Assembly (NCBI RefSeq): GCF_902713615.1
Contig: NC_052165.1
Coordinates: forward strand, 93,513,513 to 93,577,512
DNA: 64,000 nt
Direction: 5' to 3'
Source: Scyliorhinus canicula
Lineage: Eukaryota
In this document: one piece after another, positions 12,542 through 25,699 of the stretch
Layout of the letters: each line of letters opens with the position of its first letter
How positions within the stretch are numbered: position 1 is the stretch's first letter
Position numbers and translations under genes: made by a program
The notes under the pieces: generated by a model
Seen by the model: only the letters and a program-made list of their open reading frames with translations
The model's database searches: none
What the model was told of the DNA's origin: nothing

Positions 12542-15500
12542 TTCCCGACCCCCATGTCATGGATCTGTCTGAGCACCATGGTTTGCCTGCTTTGGGGAAT
12601 GACGAGTCTATCTAGTTTAAGAAGGATCCCCTCAACAACCGTCAGCTCGTCCTTAACGTTGAAGAACTGGGGGTACTGCCCCTTTTGCCAGCCATGGGCG
12701 AGGTGCTTCATCGCACACTGCAGTAGGGGATATTTGGCAGTTTCTTCGCGTATTTGGACAACTCATTCATCAGTGGCTGGGAGGTTGCTGGCACACAGCT
12801 GCACCTGTGCTTCAATGTGGCGAATGAAGTCGCCCTGTTCACACGGCGTGGCGATGGATCGGGATAGGGCATCCGCGACGATCAGCTCCTTACTCGGTGT
12901 GTAGACGAGTTCGAAGTCATATCGGCGGAGACGAAGAAGAATTTGCTGCAGCTGAGGTGTCATGTCATTTAAATCCTTTCGGATTATGTAGACTAAAGGC
13001 CTGTGGTCTGTTTCCACCGTGAACTTTGGCAGGCCGTATACATAAACTTGACTATTCCTGTCAGAGACCCAAGCACTCCTTTTCGATCTGGGCATACCGT
13101 TGTTCGGTCGGAGTCATGGCCCTGGAGGCGTATGCCACTGGAGCCCAGGAACAGGAGTCGTCTCGCTGGAGGAGCATCGCCCCAATGCCATCCTGGCTTG
13201 TGTCAGTGGATATCTTGGTATCTTCGGTTGGGTCAAAGAATGCCAGTACTGGTGCTGTGGTGAGCTTTGCCTTCAGCTCAAGCCACTCCGCTTGATGTGC
13301 GGGAAGCCACTGGAACACTCGATTTGTTTACGAGATGCCGGAGGGCTGTTGTGTGGGATGGCCACGTTGGGAATGAATTTCCCGAGAAAATTCACCATCC
13401 CGAGGAAACGGAGGACCGCCTTTTTATCCTCTGGGGGTCTTCATGGCATTGATTGCCAGCACCTTGTCAGTGTCAGGTTGCACAACCTGCTGTGAAATGT
13501 GGCCACCCAGAAACTTGATAGCGGACCTACCAAAGGAGCATTTGGCCCTGTTGAGCTGGAGGCCGTTTTCATGTATTCTCTGGAAAACTTGTTTGAGGCG
13601 AGCGATGTGATCCTCGGGGCATCGTGGACCAGATGATCACGTCGTCCACATATACTCGCACCCCCTCGATGCCCTCCATCATTTGTTCCATTATGCGATG
13701 AAATACTTCGGAAGCTGATATGATAGCGAAAGGCATGCGGTTGTAGCATAGCGGCTGAACGGAGTGTTAACGTGCACAGCTTCCGACTGGACTTGTCCAG
13801 CTGTATCTGCCAGAACCCACGGGAGGCGTCCAGCTTGGTGAAGAATTTGGCATGAGCCATCTCACTGGTTAACTCTTCCCGCTTCGGGATCGGGTAATGC
13901 TCGCGCATGATGTTGCGATTCAGGTCTTTGGGATCGATGCAAATGCGGAGTTCACCAGAGGGCTTCTTGACGCGGACCAGGGAGCTGACCCAGTCTGTTG
14001 GTTCCGTGACCTTTGAGATGATACCCTGGTCTTGGAGCTCTCGTAGCTGCGATTTCAGACGATCCTTGAGAGGAGCCGGTACCCGGCGTGGTGCATGGAT
14101 CACTGGGATGGCATTCAGTTTGAGCAATATCTTGTAGCGATATGGGAACGTGCCCATTCCATCAAACATGTTGTGGTATTGCGTGAGAATGCCGTCTATC
14201 TCAGCCTGGAGATTTACATTGGGCGAGGCAGTCGCCGGTGTCGAGGACATGGCATGGACGCACTGGACCAGATTTAGGAGTTTGCAATGCGCGAGCACCG
14301 AGCAGGGATGCCTTGTCAGGCCGGAGGATCTCGAATCGTAACATCACTTTGATTGCCTTGTGAGATACACCTAGCTGACACGATCCACTGGCAGCTATGG
14401 CATTGCCATTGTAGCCAAGGAGCTGGCAGGCTGGGGGAAGAATGCTGGGTTGGTCTCGGATGCTGTCGAGGTCCGACTGTGATAGGAGGTTTGCAGATGC
14501 GCCAGTGTCCAATTTAAAATCAGATGCGAGACTGGTTACCGTGATGACAGGACACCACTCGTCGTCAGGATCCACAGTGAGGATTGAAAGGCGGTTTGGA
14601 GGCACGGTGGAGGACAGCTCGCGCGTGGTGATTATGCCCACCCGGTATGGAGACTCGAGGCAGTCAGCATCGGGGTCCGTTGGGCTGTCGGGATCCGAAT
14701 CCTGCGGACACGTCTGCGCTGCAGCTGGGATCGCTGGCTGTTGGTCGGTGGAGGGGACCTGCAGAAGGCCGCGTAATGCCCAGGCTTTCCACACTGTAGA
14801 CATCGCCTGCCTTTGGCTGGACATTGCTGCTTTAAATGGGGCGGAGCCACAATTTGGACATGTCATGACGCTGATGTCAGCGCGTTCTGTGCACCGTCGC
14901 GCATCGCGCAGTGCGGTTGGCCGACGTTCGCACATGCGTATGCGGGGTCTTCAGCCTCTCCGTCCACCCGGTCGTGGCACACATCGTAGGGACCCTGGAA
15001 AAGTGCGTGAAACGGCCACTCTCCTCGATGCTCAGGCCTTGCATTTTTGCGATGGCCTGCACCCTTTCTGCCTCCTGGGAGGCTAGTTTTGCATTTTCTG
15101 CCGCCTGATGCGGGAGTAACGATTTCTGGCCTGGCATGCTCATGGACAACGCACGTTTCGATGGCGACAGAGAGGGTCAACTGTTTGATTTTGAGGAGCT
15201 GCTCCCGCAGGGTGTCGGACTGGACCCCGAAAACGATCTGATCCCGGATCATGGAATCAGCAATTGAGTCATATTACATGACTGCGCTAGGATGCGGAGA
15301 TGGGTCAAGAAGGACTGAAAAGGTTCATCCTTACCCGGAAGCCTCTGCTGGAAGATGTACCGTTCAAAGCTCTCATTCACCTCAATGTCGCAGTGGCGTC
15401 TAATTCAGCAGAACCACCTTGAACTTCGTCTTGTCTTCGCCATCGGCAAACGTGAGCGAGTTATAGATGTGGATGGCGTGATCCCCCACAGTCAACAGGA

Positions 15501-15640
15501 ACAGCGCGATCTTTCGGGCATCCGTGCTGCCTCGAGGTTCGGAGGCCTCGATGTACAGGAGGAACTTCTGTTTGAAGACTTTCCAGTTGGCGCCGAGGTT
15601 GCCGGAGATCCAGAGTTGCGGAGAGGTTGGATCTTTTCCA
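12542..15640 (-). pseudogene. Gypsy-1 gag-pol, copy A (frameshifted)
   Basis: MIRDQIVFG, KLDTGAS protease, LRICIDPKDLN/KLDASRGFWQ RT, TDTSQDGIGA/ETDHRPL RNase H. Confidence 0.9.
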
Positions 15641-16617
15641 TGTCGCTGGATGGCTGCGTGCTGGTCGTTGCAGATTCACTCGAGGTAGGTTCGTTAGAGT
15701 TAATAGCTCCCTGGCACCATGATGTGTTATCTGTGTTGGTCTAACATCGACTGCAACTGGATGCAGTAAAACGAGAAACAGGCTTCCGACACAGGAGATG
15801 GTCCAACACTGTTTATTGAACCTGTTGATTGCTGTACATAATCTGCCGTGGGCTGACACTCTATTAACCTAACTGATAACCTCCTACTGGCCTGACCAGA
15901 CTAGCTCTCTACCACATGGTGATGATGTTCATTGGCCTGTGCACTGTGACTATCTCCCTGGCCGTGTCCTGTGAGAGAGGGAGGGCCTTAATGCCCTGTG
16001 GGCTTTATAGTGGGTGGTGTCCTGTCTGGTGATTGGTTGTTCTGTGTCGTGTATGTTCATTGGCTATCCTGTGTGTCAATCACCGCCTGTCCTGCATCTC
16101 ATGATATACATGAGTGGNNNNNNNNNNNNNNNNNNNNNNNNNNNNNNNNNNNNNNNNNNNNNNNNNNNNNNNNNNNNNNNNNNNNNNNNNNNNNNNNNNN
16201 NNNNNNNNNNNNNNNNNNNNNNNNNNNNNNNNNNNNNNNNNNNNNNNNNNNNNNNNNNNNNNNNNNNNNNNNNNNNNNNNNNNNNNNNNNNNNNNNNNNN
16301 NNNNNNNNNNNNNNNNNNNNNNNNNNNNNNNNNNNNNNNNNNNNNNNNNNNNNNNNNNNNNNNNNNNNNNNNNNNNNNNNNNNNNNNNNNNNNNNNNNNN
16401 NNNNNNNNNNNNNNNNNNNNNNNNNNNNNNNNNNNNNNNNNNNNNNNNNNNNNNNNNNNNNNNNNNNNNNNNNNNNNNNNNNNNNNNNNNNNNNNNNNNN
16501 NNNNNNNNNNNNNNNNNNNNNNNNNNNNNNNNNNNNNNNNNNNNNNNNNNNNNNNNNNNNNNNNNNNNNNNNNNNNNNNNNNNNNNNNNNNNNNNNNNNN
16601 NNNNNNNNNNNNNNNNN

Positions 16618-19475
16618 TGCTGGCACACAGCTGCACCTGTGCTTCAATGTGGCGAATGAAGTCGCCCTGTTCACACGGCGTGGCGATGGATCGGGATAGG
16701 GCATCCGCGACGATCTGCTCCTTACTCGGTGTGTAGACGAGTTCAAAGTCATATCGGCGGAGACGAAGAAGAATTCGCTGCAGCTGAGGTGTCATGTCAT
16801 TTAAATCCTTTCGGATTATGTAGACTAAAGGCCTGTGGTCTGTTTCCACCGTGAACTTTGGCAGGCCGTATACATAAACTTGACTATTCCTGTCAGAGAC
16901 CCAAGCACTCCTTTTCGATCTGGGCATACCGTTGTTCGGTCGGAGTCATGGCCCTGGAGGCGTATGCCACTGGAGCCCAGGAACAGGAGTCGTCTCGCTG
17001 GAGGAGCATCGCCCCAATGCCATCCTGGCTTGTGTCAGTGGATATCTTGGTATCTTCGGTTGGGTCAAAGAATGCCAGTACTGGTGCTGTGGTGAGCTTT
17101 GCCTTCAGCTCAAGCCACTCCGCTTGATGTGCGGGAAGCCACTGGAACACTCGATTTGTTTACGAGATGCCGGAGGGCTGTTGTGTGGGATGCCACGTTG
17201 GGAATGAATTTCCCGAGAAAATTCACCATCCCGAGGAAACGGAGGACCGCCTTTTTATCCTCTGGGGGTCTTCATGGCATTGATTGCCAGCACCTTGTCA
17301 GTGTCAGGTTGCACAACCTGCTGTGAAATGTGGCCACCCAGAAACTTGATAGCGGACCTACCAAAGGAGCATTTGGCCCTGTTGAGCTGGAGGCCGTTTT
17401 CATGTATTCTCTGGAAAACTTGTTTGAGGCGAGCGATGTGATCCTCGGGCATCGTGGACCAGATGATCACGTCGTCCACATATACTCGCACCCCCTCGAT
17501 GCCCTCCATCATTTGTTCCATTATGCGATGAAATACTTCGGAAGCTGATATGATAGCGAAAGGCATGCGGTTGTAGCAATAGCGGCTGAACGGAGTGTTA
17601 AACGTGCACAGCTTCCGACTGGACTTGTCCAGCTGTATCTGCCAGAACCCACGGGAGGCGTCCAGCTTGGTAAAGAATTTGGCATGAGCCATCTCACAGG
17701 TTAACTCTTCCCGCTTTGGGATCGGGTAATGCTCGTGCATGATGTTGCGATTCAGGTCTTTGGGATCAATGCAAATGCGGAGTTCACCAGAGGGCTTCTT
17801 GACGCAGACCATGGAGCTGACCCAGTCTGTTGGTTCCGTGACATTTGAGATGATACCCTGGTCTTGGAGCTCTCGTAGCTGCGATTTCAGACGATCCTTG
17901 AGAGGAGCCGGTACCCGGCGTGGTGCATGGATCACTGGGATGGCATTCAGTTTGAGCAATATCTTGTAGCGATATGGGAACGTGCCCATTCCATCAAACA
18001 TGTTGTGGTATTGCGTGAGAATGCCGTCTATCTCAGCCTGGAGATTTACATTGGGCGAGGCAGTCGCCGGTGTCGAGGACATGGCATGGACGCACTGGAC
18101 CAGATTTAGGAGTTTGCATGCGCGAGCACCGAGCAGGGATGCCTTGTCAGGCCGGAGGATCTCGAATCGTAACATCACTTTGATTGCCTTGTGAGATACA
18201 CCTAGCTGACACGATCCACTGGCAGCTATGGCATTGCCATTGTAGCCAAGGAGCTGGCAGGCTGGGGGAAGAATGCTGGGTTGGTCTCGGATGCTGTCGA
18301 GGTCCGACTGTGATAGGAGGTTTGCAGATGCGCCAGTGTCCAATTTAAATCAGATGCGAGACTGGTTAACCGTGATGACAGGACACCACTCGTCGTCAGG
18401 ATCCACAGTGAGGATTGAAAGGCGGTTTGGAGGCACGGTGGAGGACAGCTCGCGCGTGGTGATTATGCCCACCCGGTATGGAGACTCGAGGCAGTCAGCA
18501 TCGGGGTCCGTTGGGCTGTCGGGATCCGAATCCTGCGGACACGTCTGCGCTGCAGCTGGGATCGCTGGCTGTTGGTCGGTGGAGGGGACCTGCAGAAGGC
18601 CGCGTAATGCCCAGGCTTTCCACACTGTAGACATCGCCTGCCTTTGGCTGGACATTGCTGCTTTAAATGGGCGGAGCCACAATTTGGACATGTCATGACG
18701 CTGATGTCAGCGCGTTCTGTGCACCGTCGCGCATGCGCAGTGCGGTTGGCCGACGTTCGCACATGCGTATCGGGGTCTTCAGCCTCTCCGTCCACCCGGT
18801 CGTGGCACACATGCGTAGGGACCCGGGAAAAGTGCGTGAAACGGCCACTCTCCTCGATGCTCAGGCCTTGCATTTTTGCGATGGCCTGCACCCTTTCTGC
18901 CTCCTGGGAGGCTAGTTTTGCATTTTCTGCCGCCCTGATGCGGGAGTAACGATTTCTGGCCTGGCATGCTCATGGACAACGCACGTTTCGATGGCGACAG
19001 AGAGGGTCAACTGTTTGATTTTGAGGAGCTGCTCCCGCAGGGTGTCGGACTGGACCCCGAAAACGATCTGATCCCGGATCATGGAATCAGCAATTGAGTC
19101 ATAATTACATGACTGCGCTAGGATGCGGAGATGGGTCAAGAAGGACTGAAAAGGTTCATCCTTACCCGGAAGCCTCTGCTGGAAGATGTACCGTTCAAAG
19201 CTCTCATTCACCTCAATGTCGCAGTGGCTGTCTAATTTCAGCAGAACCACCTTGAACTTCGTCTTGTCTTCGCCATCGGCAAACGTGAGCGAGTTATAGA
19301 TGTGGATGGCGTGATCCCCCACAGTCAACAGGAACAGCGCGATCTTTCGGGCATCCGTGCTGCCTCGAGGTTCGGAGGCCTCGATGTACAGGAGGAACTT
19401 CTGTTTGAAGACTTTCCAGTTGGCGCCGAGGTTGCCGGAGATCCAGAGTTGCGGAGGAGGTTGGATCTTTTCCAT
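16618..19475 (-). pseudogene. Gypsy-1 gag-pol, copy B (gag 18912-19475; PR-RT 17255-18343; RNase H 16618-17150)
   Basis: gag NWKVFKQKF...ERYIFQQR, C..CGK.GH...C knuckle, DTGA, RT YVDD motif; duplicates 12786-15640. Confidence 0.9.
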
Positions 19476-19554
19476 GTCGCTGGATGGCTGCGTGCTGGTC
19501 GTTGCAGATTCACTCGAGGTAGGTTCGTTAAGAGTTAATAGCTCCCTGGCACCA

Positions 19555-19962
19555 TGATGTGTTATCTGTGTTGGTCTAACATCGACTGCAACTGGATGCA
19601 GTAAAACGAGAAACAGGCTTCCGACACAGGAGATGGTCCAACACTGTTTTATTGAACCTGTTGATTGCTGTACATAATCTGCCGTGGGCTGACACTCTAT
19701 TAACCTAACTGATAACCTCCTACTGGCCTGACCAGACTAGCTCTCTACCACATGGTGATGATGTTCATTGGCCTGTGCACTGTGACTATCTCCCTGGCCG
19801 TGTCCTGTGAGAGAGGGAGGGCCTTAATGCCCTGTGGGCTTTATAGTGGTGGTGTCCTGTCTGGTGATTGGTTGTTCTGTGTCGTGTATGTTCATTGGCT
19901 ATCCTGTGTGTCAATCACCGCCTGTCTGCATCTCATGATATACATGAGTGGATATTATGACA
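19555..19962 (-). repeat. 5' LTR of Gypsy-1 (408 bp)
   Basis: Followed on the minus strand by PBS TGGTGCCAGG and flanked by the TSD. Confidence 0.92.
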
Positions 19963-20497
19963 GCAACGTCCACGAGTGGCACTGAGTCCGGAGGTGGCGA
20001 TCTTTGGAGTGTCGGAAGATCCGGGAGTCCAGGGGGCGATAGAGGCCGACGTCCTGGCCTTTGCCCCTCTGGTAGGACGGAGATGGATCTTGTTAATGTG
20101 GAGGGATTCGAAGCCCCCCCCCCCCCCCCCCCCCCGCCGAGTGTGGAGACCTGGGTCAGTGACATGGCTGGGTTTCTCAGGCTGGGGAAAATAAAGTTTG
20201 CCTTGAGGGGGTCAATGTTGGGGTTCCCCCGGAGGTGGCGGCCATCCGTTGACTTTCTCGGGGAACATTGAAATGTCGGCAGCAGCAGCAATCCGAAGGG
20301 GGGTGGGGGAGTGGGAGTGGGGGGGGGGGGGGGGGGGGGGGAGCGGATAGGTGTTAGGTGGTTGAGGTGTGTGAGGATCGGATCGGGTCGGCTGGGGAAA
20401 TGTTTACCTGGCCATGTCAATGTTATTGTTTTTGTTATTTGTATAAAAATTTTGCAAAATACCTCAATAAAAATATTTAAAAAAAAATATAAAATAT
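19963..20497 (+). mobile_element. 3' remainder of the L1-clade LINE (ORF2 end, G-rich 3' UTR, poly(A))
   Basis: AIFG...RRWILLMWRD...TWVSDMAGFLRL continues the ORF interrupted at 10603; AATAAA plus A-tail near 20466-20495. Confidence 0.85.
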
Positions 20498-20504
20498 AGA
20501 TGCA

Positions 20505-21420
20505 TTGCCCCCCTCCCCCACGAGCCCCTCCCCGCTCCCCCCGCCCCCCCTCCCCACCACTCCACCCACCCCACTCCACCCACACCCCCCTCCCCCAGCC
20601 CCCCCCCTCCCCACCCCCCCTGTGAGCCCTTCCCCGCTTGCCCCCCGCCCCCTCACTCTCCCCCGCCCCCCCACACCCTCACCCACCCCCCTCCCCGACC
20701 CACACCTCCCCCTGTGAGCCCCTCCCCCACCCCCCCCTGTGAGCCCCTCCCCCCGCCCCCACCCTCCCCACTCCTCCCCCCCTCCCCTCCCACCCATCCT
20801 CCTCCCCCACTCCACCCCCTCCCACCCATCCCCCTCTCCACCCCCTCCCCCCCCACTCCACCCCTCCCCACCCCCCTCCCCCTCCCCCACTCCACCCCCT
20901 CCCCCCCCACTCCACCCCCCTCCCCACCCCCTCCCCCACTCCACCCCCCTCCCCCACTCCACCCCCCTCCCCCACTCCACCCCCCTCCCCACCCCCTCCC
21001 CCACTCCACCCCCTCCCCCACTCCACCCCCTCCCCCACTCCACCCCCCTCCCCACTCCACCCCCCTCCCCCACCCCCACTCCACCCCCTCCCCACCCCCA
21101 CCCCCCCTCCCCCCTCCCCACCCCCCCCNNNNNNNNNNNNNNNNNNNNNNNNNNNNNNNNNNNNNNNNNNNNNNNNNNNNNNNNNNNNNNNNNNNNNNNN
21201 NNNNNNNNNNNNNNNNNNNNNNNNNNNNNNNNNNNNNNNNNNNNNNNNNNNNNNNNNNCCCCCCCTCCCCCACCCCCCCCCTCCCCCACTCCCCCCCCTC
21301 CCCCCCCCTCCCCCACTCCCCTCCCCCCCTCCCCCCCTCCCCCTCCCCCACCCCCCTCCCCCCCTCCCCCCCTCCCCCCACCCCCCCTCCCCCCCTCCCC
21401 CCCTCCCTCCCCCACCCCAC
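20505..21420. repeat. C-rich low-complexity tract (CCCCACTCCACCCCCT-like units) with an N gap at 21129-21258
   Basis: Composition; the minus strand is G-run rich. Confidence 0.9.
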
Positions 21421-21479
21421 CCGCTCTCCGTGTGTGTTCCAGAGAAAGCCGAGATGCCGGGTGACATTCTGAAGAAACT

Positions 21480-22451
21480 TTATTTCCCTCGGTGCGGCCG
21501 GCGGCGTTGCCGGATCAGATCGCGCGCAGTGTCCACGCCGGCAAAGTAAAACTGCCCCCAGAATTCCCAATCCTCGTCGGGGATGTCCATCAGCTCGCTG
21601 TCGCGGACGCAGGGCTCGGGCCCGGGGTGGATGGCCACGTAGCTGGCCAGATCCTCGGGCTCCAGGTCGTAGTAAGGCGGCTGCTGGCTGACGCGCAGGC
21701 CCGGCTCGGCACCGGCGCTGACGGCGCTGTCGGCCGGGCGGGGCGCCGCCTGCTCCTCCTCCCTGCGCCGGCACACCTGGCAGGGCGCCTGGAAGTCCTC
21801 GATGATCCAGAAGGGCGTCTTCCAGATGTCCGGCGGCGGCGGGGGGGGCGGGCTGCCCAGGGCGGGCGGGGAACGGGGCTTCTCCTCGTCCAGGACGGTG
21901 GGGGCTGAGTGCGAGGTGATGGGCTGGTGCGCGTTGGCGCCGAGGGGGGAGCTGCGGGGCGGCCCCACCTCGGTTTCGGATGGGGCGCCGGGGGCCGGGC
22001 TGCTGGAGCGGGCGGGGGAGGCGGCGTCCGAGGACCCGCGCCCAGACGAGGGCTCGGTGGGCGCCAGCGGGGTGGAGTCCAGGCCGGACTGAGCCGCCGA
22101 ACGGGCCGGTCCCTGGCTCTCGGCCGACTGGGGCGCCCCATCGCCCAGGTGCAGCGCGTCCTTGGCCACCTCGGAGCCGCTGGACAGGGAGGTGGCGGTG
22201 GAGCCTGACTGGGTAGGCCCCAGATGCTGGCCCTCGGCCGGCAGGCTGAGGGTACCGGCTGCTGGGTGGACCTGCAGTGGGTGGTGGGCAGTGGGACTGG
22301 CGACAGTGGGCGGCCTCTTCTCCTCCGGCGTGGGGCTGGGCAGCGGGGCCTCAGGTGGGTGGGCCTGTGGCAACGGCACGGCTTCCAAACTCAGCGACAT
22401 CAGTGGTTGGCGGCAGTGGGGAGGAAGCCCCTCCACATTCTCCTGAAATAC
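21480..22451 (-). CDS. Putative terminal coding exon of an unidentified gene (323 aa, Pro/Ser-rich with an acidic-aromatic C-terminus)
   Basis: Polypyrimidine acceptor cccccctctctggcag|GTA; 972-nt non-repetitive open frame; TAA stop overlaps AATAAA (21479-21484). Confidence 0.6.
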   Translation of the reverse strand, partial: VFQENVEGLPPHCRQPLMSLSLEAVPLPQAHPPEAPLPSPTPEEKRPPTVASPTAHHPLQVHPAAGTLSLPAEGQHLGPTQSGSTATSLSSGSEVAKDALHLGDGAPQSAESQGPARSAAQSGLDSTPLAPTEPSSGRGSSDAASPARSSSPAPGAPSETEVGPPRSSPLGANAHQPITSHSAPTVLDEEKPRSPPALGSPPPPPPPDIWKTPFWIIEDFQAPCQVCRRREEEQAAPRPADSAVSAGAEPGLRVSQQPPYYDLEPEDLASYVAIHPGPEPCVRDSELMDIPDEDWEFWGQFYFAGVDTARDLIRQRRRPHRGK

Positions 22452-22548
22452 CTGCCAGAGAGGGGGGTAGAAGAGGCAGGAGTCAAAGCAAGGCAACTTC
22501 CAGACCATCACAGAAAGACCACCAAGAATGTTGACTGCCCCTCCCTCA

Positions 22549-25460
22549 CTCTCTCAGGGAGATATCTGTACACTGACTGGTGTCTCTCAGTCCCCTCTCT
22601 CTCAGGGAGATATCTGTACACTGACTGGTGTCTCTCAGTCCCCTCTCTCTCAGGGAGATATCTGTACACTGACTGGTGTCTCTCAGTCCCCTCTCTCTCA
22701 GGGAGATATCTGCACACTAACTGGTGTCTCTCAGTCCCCCCTCTCTCTCAGGGAGATATCTGTACACTGACTGGTGTCTCTCAGTCCCCTCTCTCTCTCA
22801 GGGAGATATCTGTACACTGACTGGTGTCTCTCAGTCCCCTCCCTCTCTCAGGGAGATATCTGTACACTGACTGGTGTCTCTCAGTCCCCTCTCTCTCAGG
22901 GAGATATCTGTACACTGACTGGTGTCTCTCAGTCCCCTCTCTCTCAGGGAGATATCTGTACACTGACTGGTGTCTCTCAGTCTCCTCTCTCTCAGGGAGA
23001 TATCTGTACACTGACTGGTGTCTCTCAGTCCCCTCTCTCTCAGGGAGATATCTGTACACTGACTGGTGTCTCTCAGTCTCCTCTCTCTCAGGTAGATATC
23101 TGTACACTGACTGGTGTCTCTTAGTCCCCCCTCTCTCAGGGAGATATCTGTACACTGACTGGTGTCTCTCAGTCCCCTCTCTCTCTCTCAGGGAGATATC
23201 TGTACATGGACTGGTGTCTCTCAGTCCCCTCTCTCTCTCAGGGAGATATCTGTACACTGACTGGTGTCTCTCAGTCCCCTCTCTCTCTCTCTCGGAGATA
23301 TCTGTACACTGACTGGTGCTTCTCAGTCCCCTCTCAGGGAGATATCTGTACACTGACTGGTGTCTCTCAGTCCCCCCTCTCTCTCAGGGAGATATCTGCA
23401 CACTGACTGGTGTCTCTCAGTCCTCTCTTTCTCTCTCAGGGAGATATCTGTACACTGACTGGTGTCTCTCAGTCCCCTCTCTCTCTCTCAGGGAGATATC
23501 TGTACACTGACTGGTGTCTCTCAGTCCCCTCTCTCTCTCAGGGAGATATCTGTATACTGACTGGTGTCTCTCAGTCCCCTCTCTCTCAGGGAGATATCTG
23601 TACACTGACTGGTGTCTCTCAGTCCCCTCTCTCTCTCTCAGGGAGATAGCTGTACACTGACTGGTGTCTCTCAGTCCCCTCTCTCTCAGGGAGATATCTG
23701 TACACTGACTGGTGTCTCTCAGTCTCCTCTCTCTCAGGGAGATATCTGTACACTGACTGGTGTCTCTTAGTCCCCCCTCTCTCAGGGAGATATCTGTACA
23801 CTGACTGGTGTCTCTCAGTCCCCTCTCTCTCTCTCAGGGAGATATCTGTACATGGACTGGTGTCTCTCTCTCAGGGAGATATCTGTACACTGACTGGTGT
23901 CTCTCAGTCCCCTCTCTCTCTCTCTCGGAGATATCTGTACACTGACTGGTGCTTCTCAGTCCCCTCTCTCTCAGGGAGATATCTGTACACTGACTGGTGT
24001 CTCTCAGTCCCCCCTCTCTCTCAGGGAGATATCTGCACACTGACTGGTGTCTCTCAGTCCTCTCTTTCTCTCTCAGGGAGATATCTGTACACTGACTGGT
24101 GTCTCTCAGTCCCCTCTCTCTCTCTCTCGGATATATCTGTACACTGACAGGTGTCTCTCATTCCCCTCCCTCTCTCAGGGAGATATCTGTACACTGACTG
24201 GTGTCTCTCAGTCCCCCTTCTCTCATGGAAATATCTGTACACTGACTGGTGTCACTCAGTCCCCTCTCTCTCTCTCAGGGAGATAGCTGTACACTGACTG
24301 GTGTCTCTCAGTCCGCTTCTCTCTCTGGGAGATATCTGTACACTGACTGGTGTCTCTCAGTCCCCTCTCTCTCTCAGGGAGATATCTGTACACTGACTGG
24401 TATCTCCCAGTCCGCTCTCTCTCCGAGGGATATCTGTACACTGACTGGTGTCTCTCAGTCCCCTCTCTCTCTCAGGGAGATATCTGTACACTGACTGGTG
24501 TCTCTCAGTCCCCTCTCTCTCCCAGGGAGATATATGTACACTGACTGGTGTCTCTCAGTCCCCTCTCTCTCGTAGTGAGATATCTGTACACTGACTGGTG
24601 TCTCTCAGTCCCCTCTCTCTCAGGGAGATATCTGTACACTGACTGGTGTCTCTCAGTCCCCTCTCTCTCTCAGGGAGATATCTGTACACTGACTGGTGTC
24701 TCTCAGTCCCCTCTCTCTCAGGGAGATATATGTACACTGACTGGTGTCTCTCAGTCCCCTCTCTCTCAGGGAGATATCTGTACACTGACTGGTGTCTCTC
24801 AGTCCCCTCTCTCTCAGGGAGATATCTGTACACTGACGGGTGTCTCTCAGTCCCCTCTCTCTCTCAGGGAGATATCTGTACACTGACTGCTGTCTCTCAG
24901 TCCCCCTCTCTCTCTCAGGGAGATATCTGTGCACTGACTGGTGTCTCTCAGTCCCCCCTCTCTCTCAGGGAGATATCTGTACACTGACTGGTGTCTCTCA
25001 GTCCCCTCTCTCTCTCAGGGAGATATCTGTACACTGACTGGTGTCTCTCAGTCCCCTCTCTCTCTCAGGGAGATATCTGTACACTGATTGGTGTCTCTCA
25101 GTCCCCTCTCTCTCAGGGAGATATCTGTACACTGACTGGTGTCTCTCAGTCCCCTCTCTCTCAGGGAGATATCTGTACACTGACTGGTGTCTCTCAGTCC
25201 TCTCTCTCTCAGGGAGATATCTGTACACTGACTGGTGTCTCTCAGTCCTCTCTCTCTCAGCGAGATATCTGTACACTGACTGGTGTCTCTCAGCCCCCTC
25301 TCTCTCTCTGGGAGATATCTGTACACTGACTGGTGTCTCTCAGTCCCCTCTCTCTCTCTCAGGGAGATATCTGTACACTGACTGGTGTCTCTCAGTCCCC
25401 TCTCTCTCAGAGAGATATCTGTACACTGACTGGTGTCTCTCAGTCCCCTCTCTCTCAGGG
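22549..25460 (+). repeat. Satellite with a 48-52-bp unit (CAGGGAGATATCTGTACACTGACTGGTGTCTCTCAGTCCC(CT)n), forward orientation
   Basis: Direct periodicity; unit length varies with (CT)n. Confidence 0.97.
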
Positions 25461-25699
25461 ATTTAAAATATCTCTGATAAACTAATGCATCTAACTACGA
25501 TTACGTTGTGAGCGAGATTCAATTTTTTGAATGTGACCATAGCCTGACCTCTGGGACTGAAAGCGAAACAGGGACAGGGCGGGAACTTTGGCGGGTCGGG
25601 CCTGGCCCTCACTTGATCAGGCCCCTGCCCGAGGTTCTCCCTCAGCTCCGCCTCCCCCTCGCTCCCAGTCCGCGCACTCTCCACTTCCCCTCCATTTCA

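Larger units (their letters stand above)
10604..19962 (-). mobile_element. Ty3/Gypsy LTR retrotransposon 1 (Mag-like) inserted in the L1; its internal part appears twice across a gap
   Basis: TG...CA LTRs at 10604-11010, 15720-16117 (cut by the gap) and 19555-19962. TSD GCAAT/GCAAC. PPT AAAAGGGGGGAGA. PBS TGGTGCCAGG (tRNA-Leu-like). Order gag-PR-RT-RH-IN. Confidence 0.95.
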
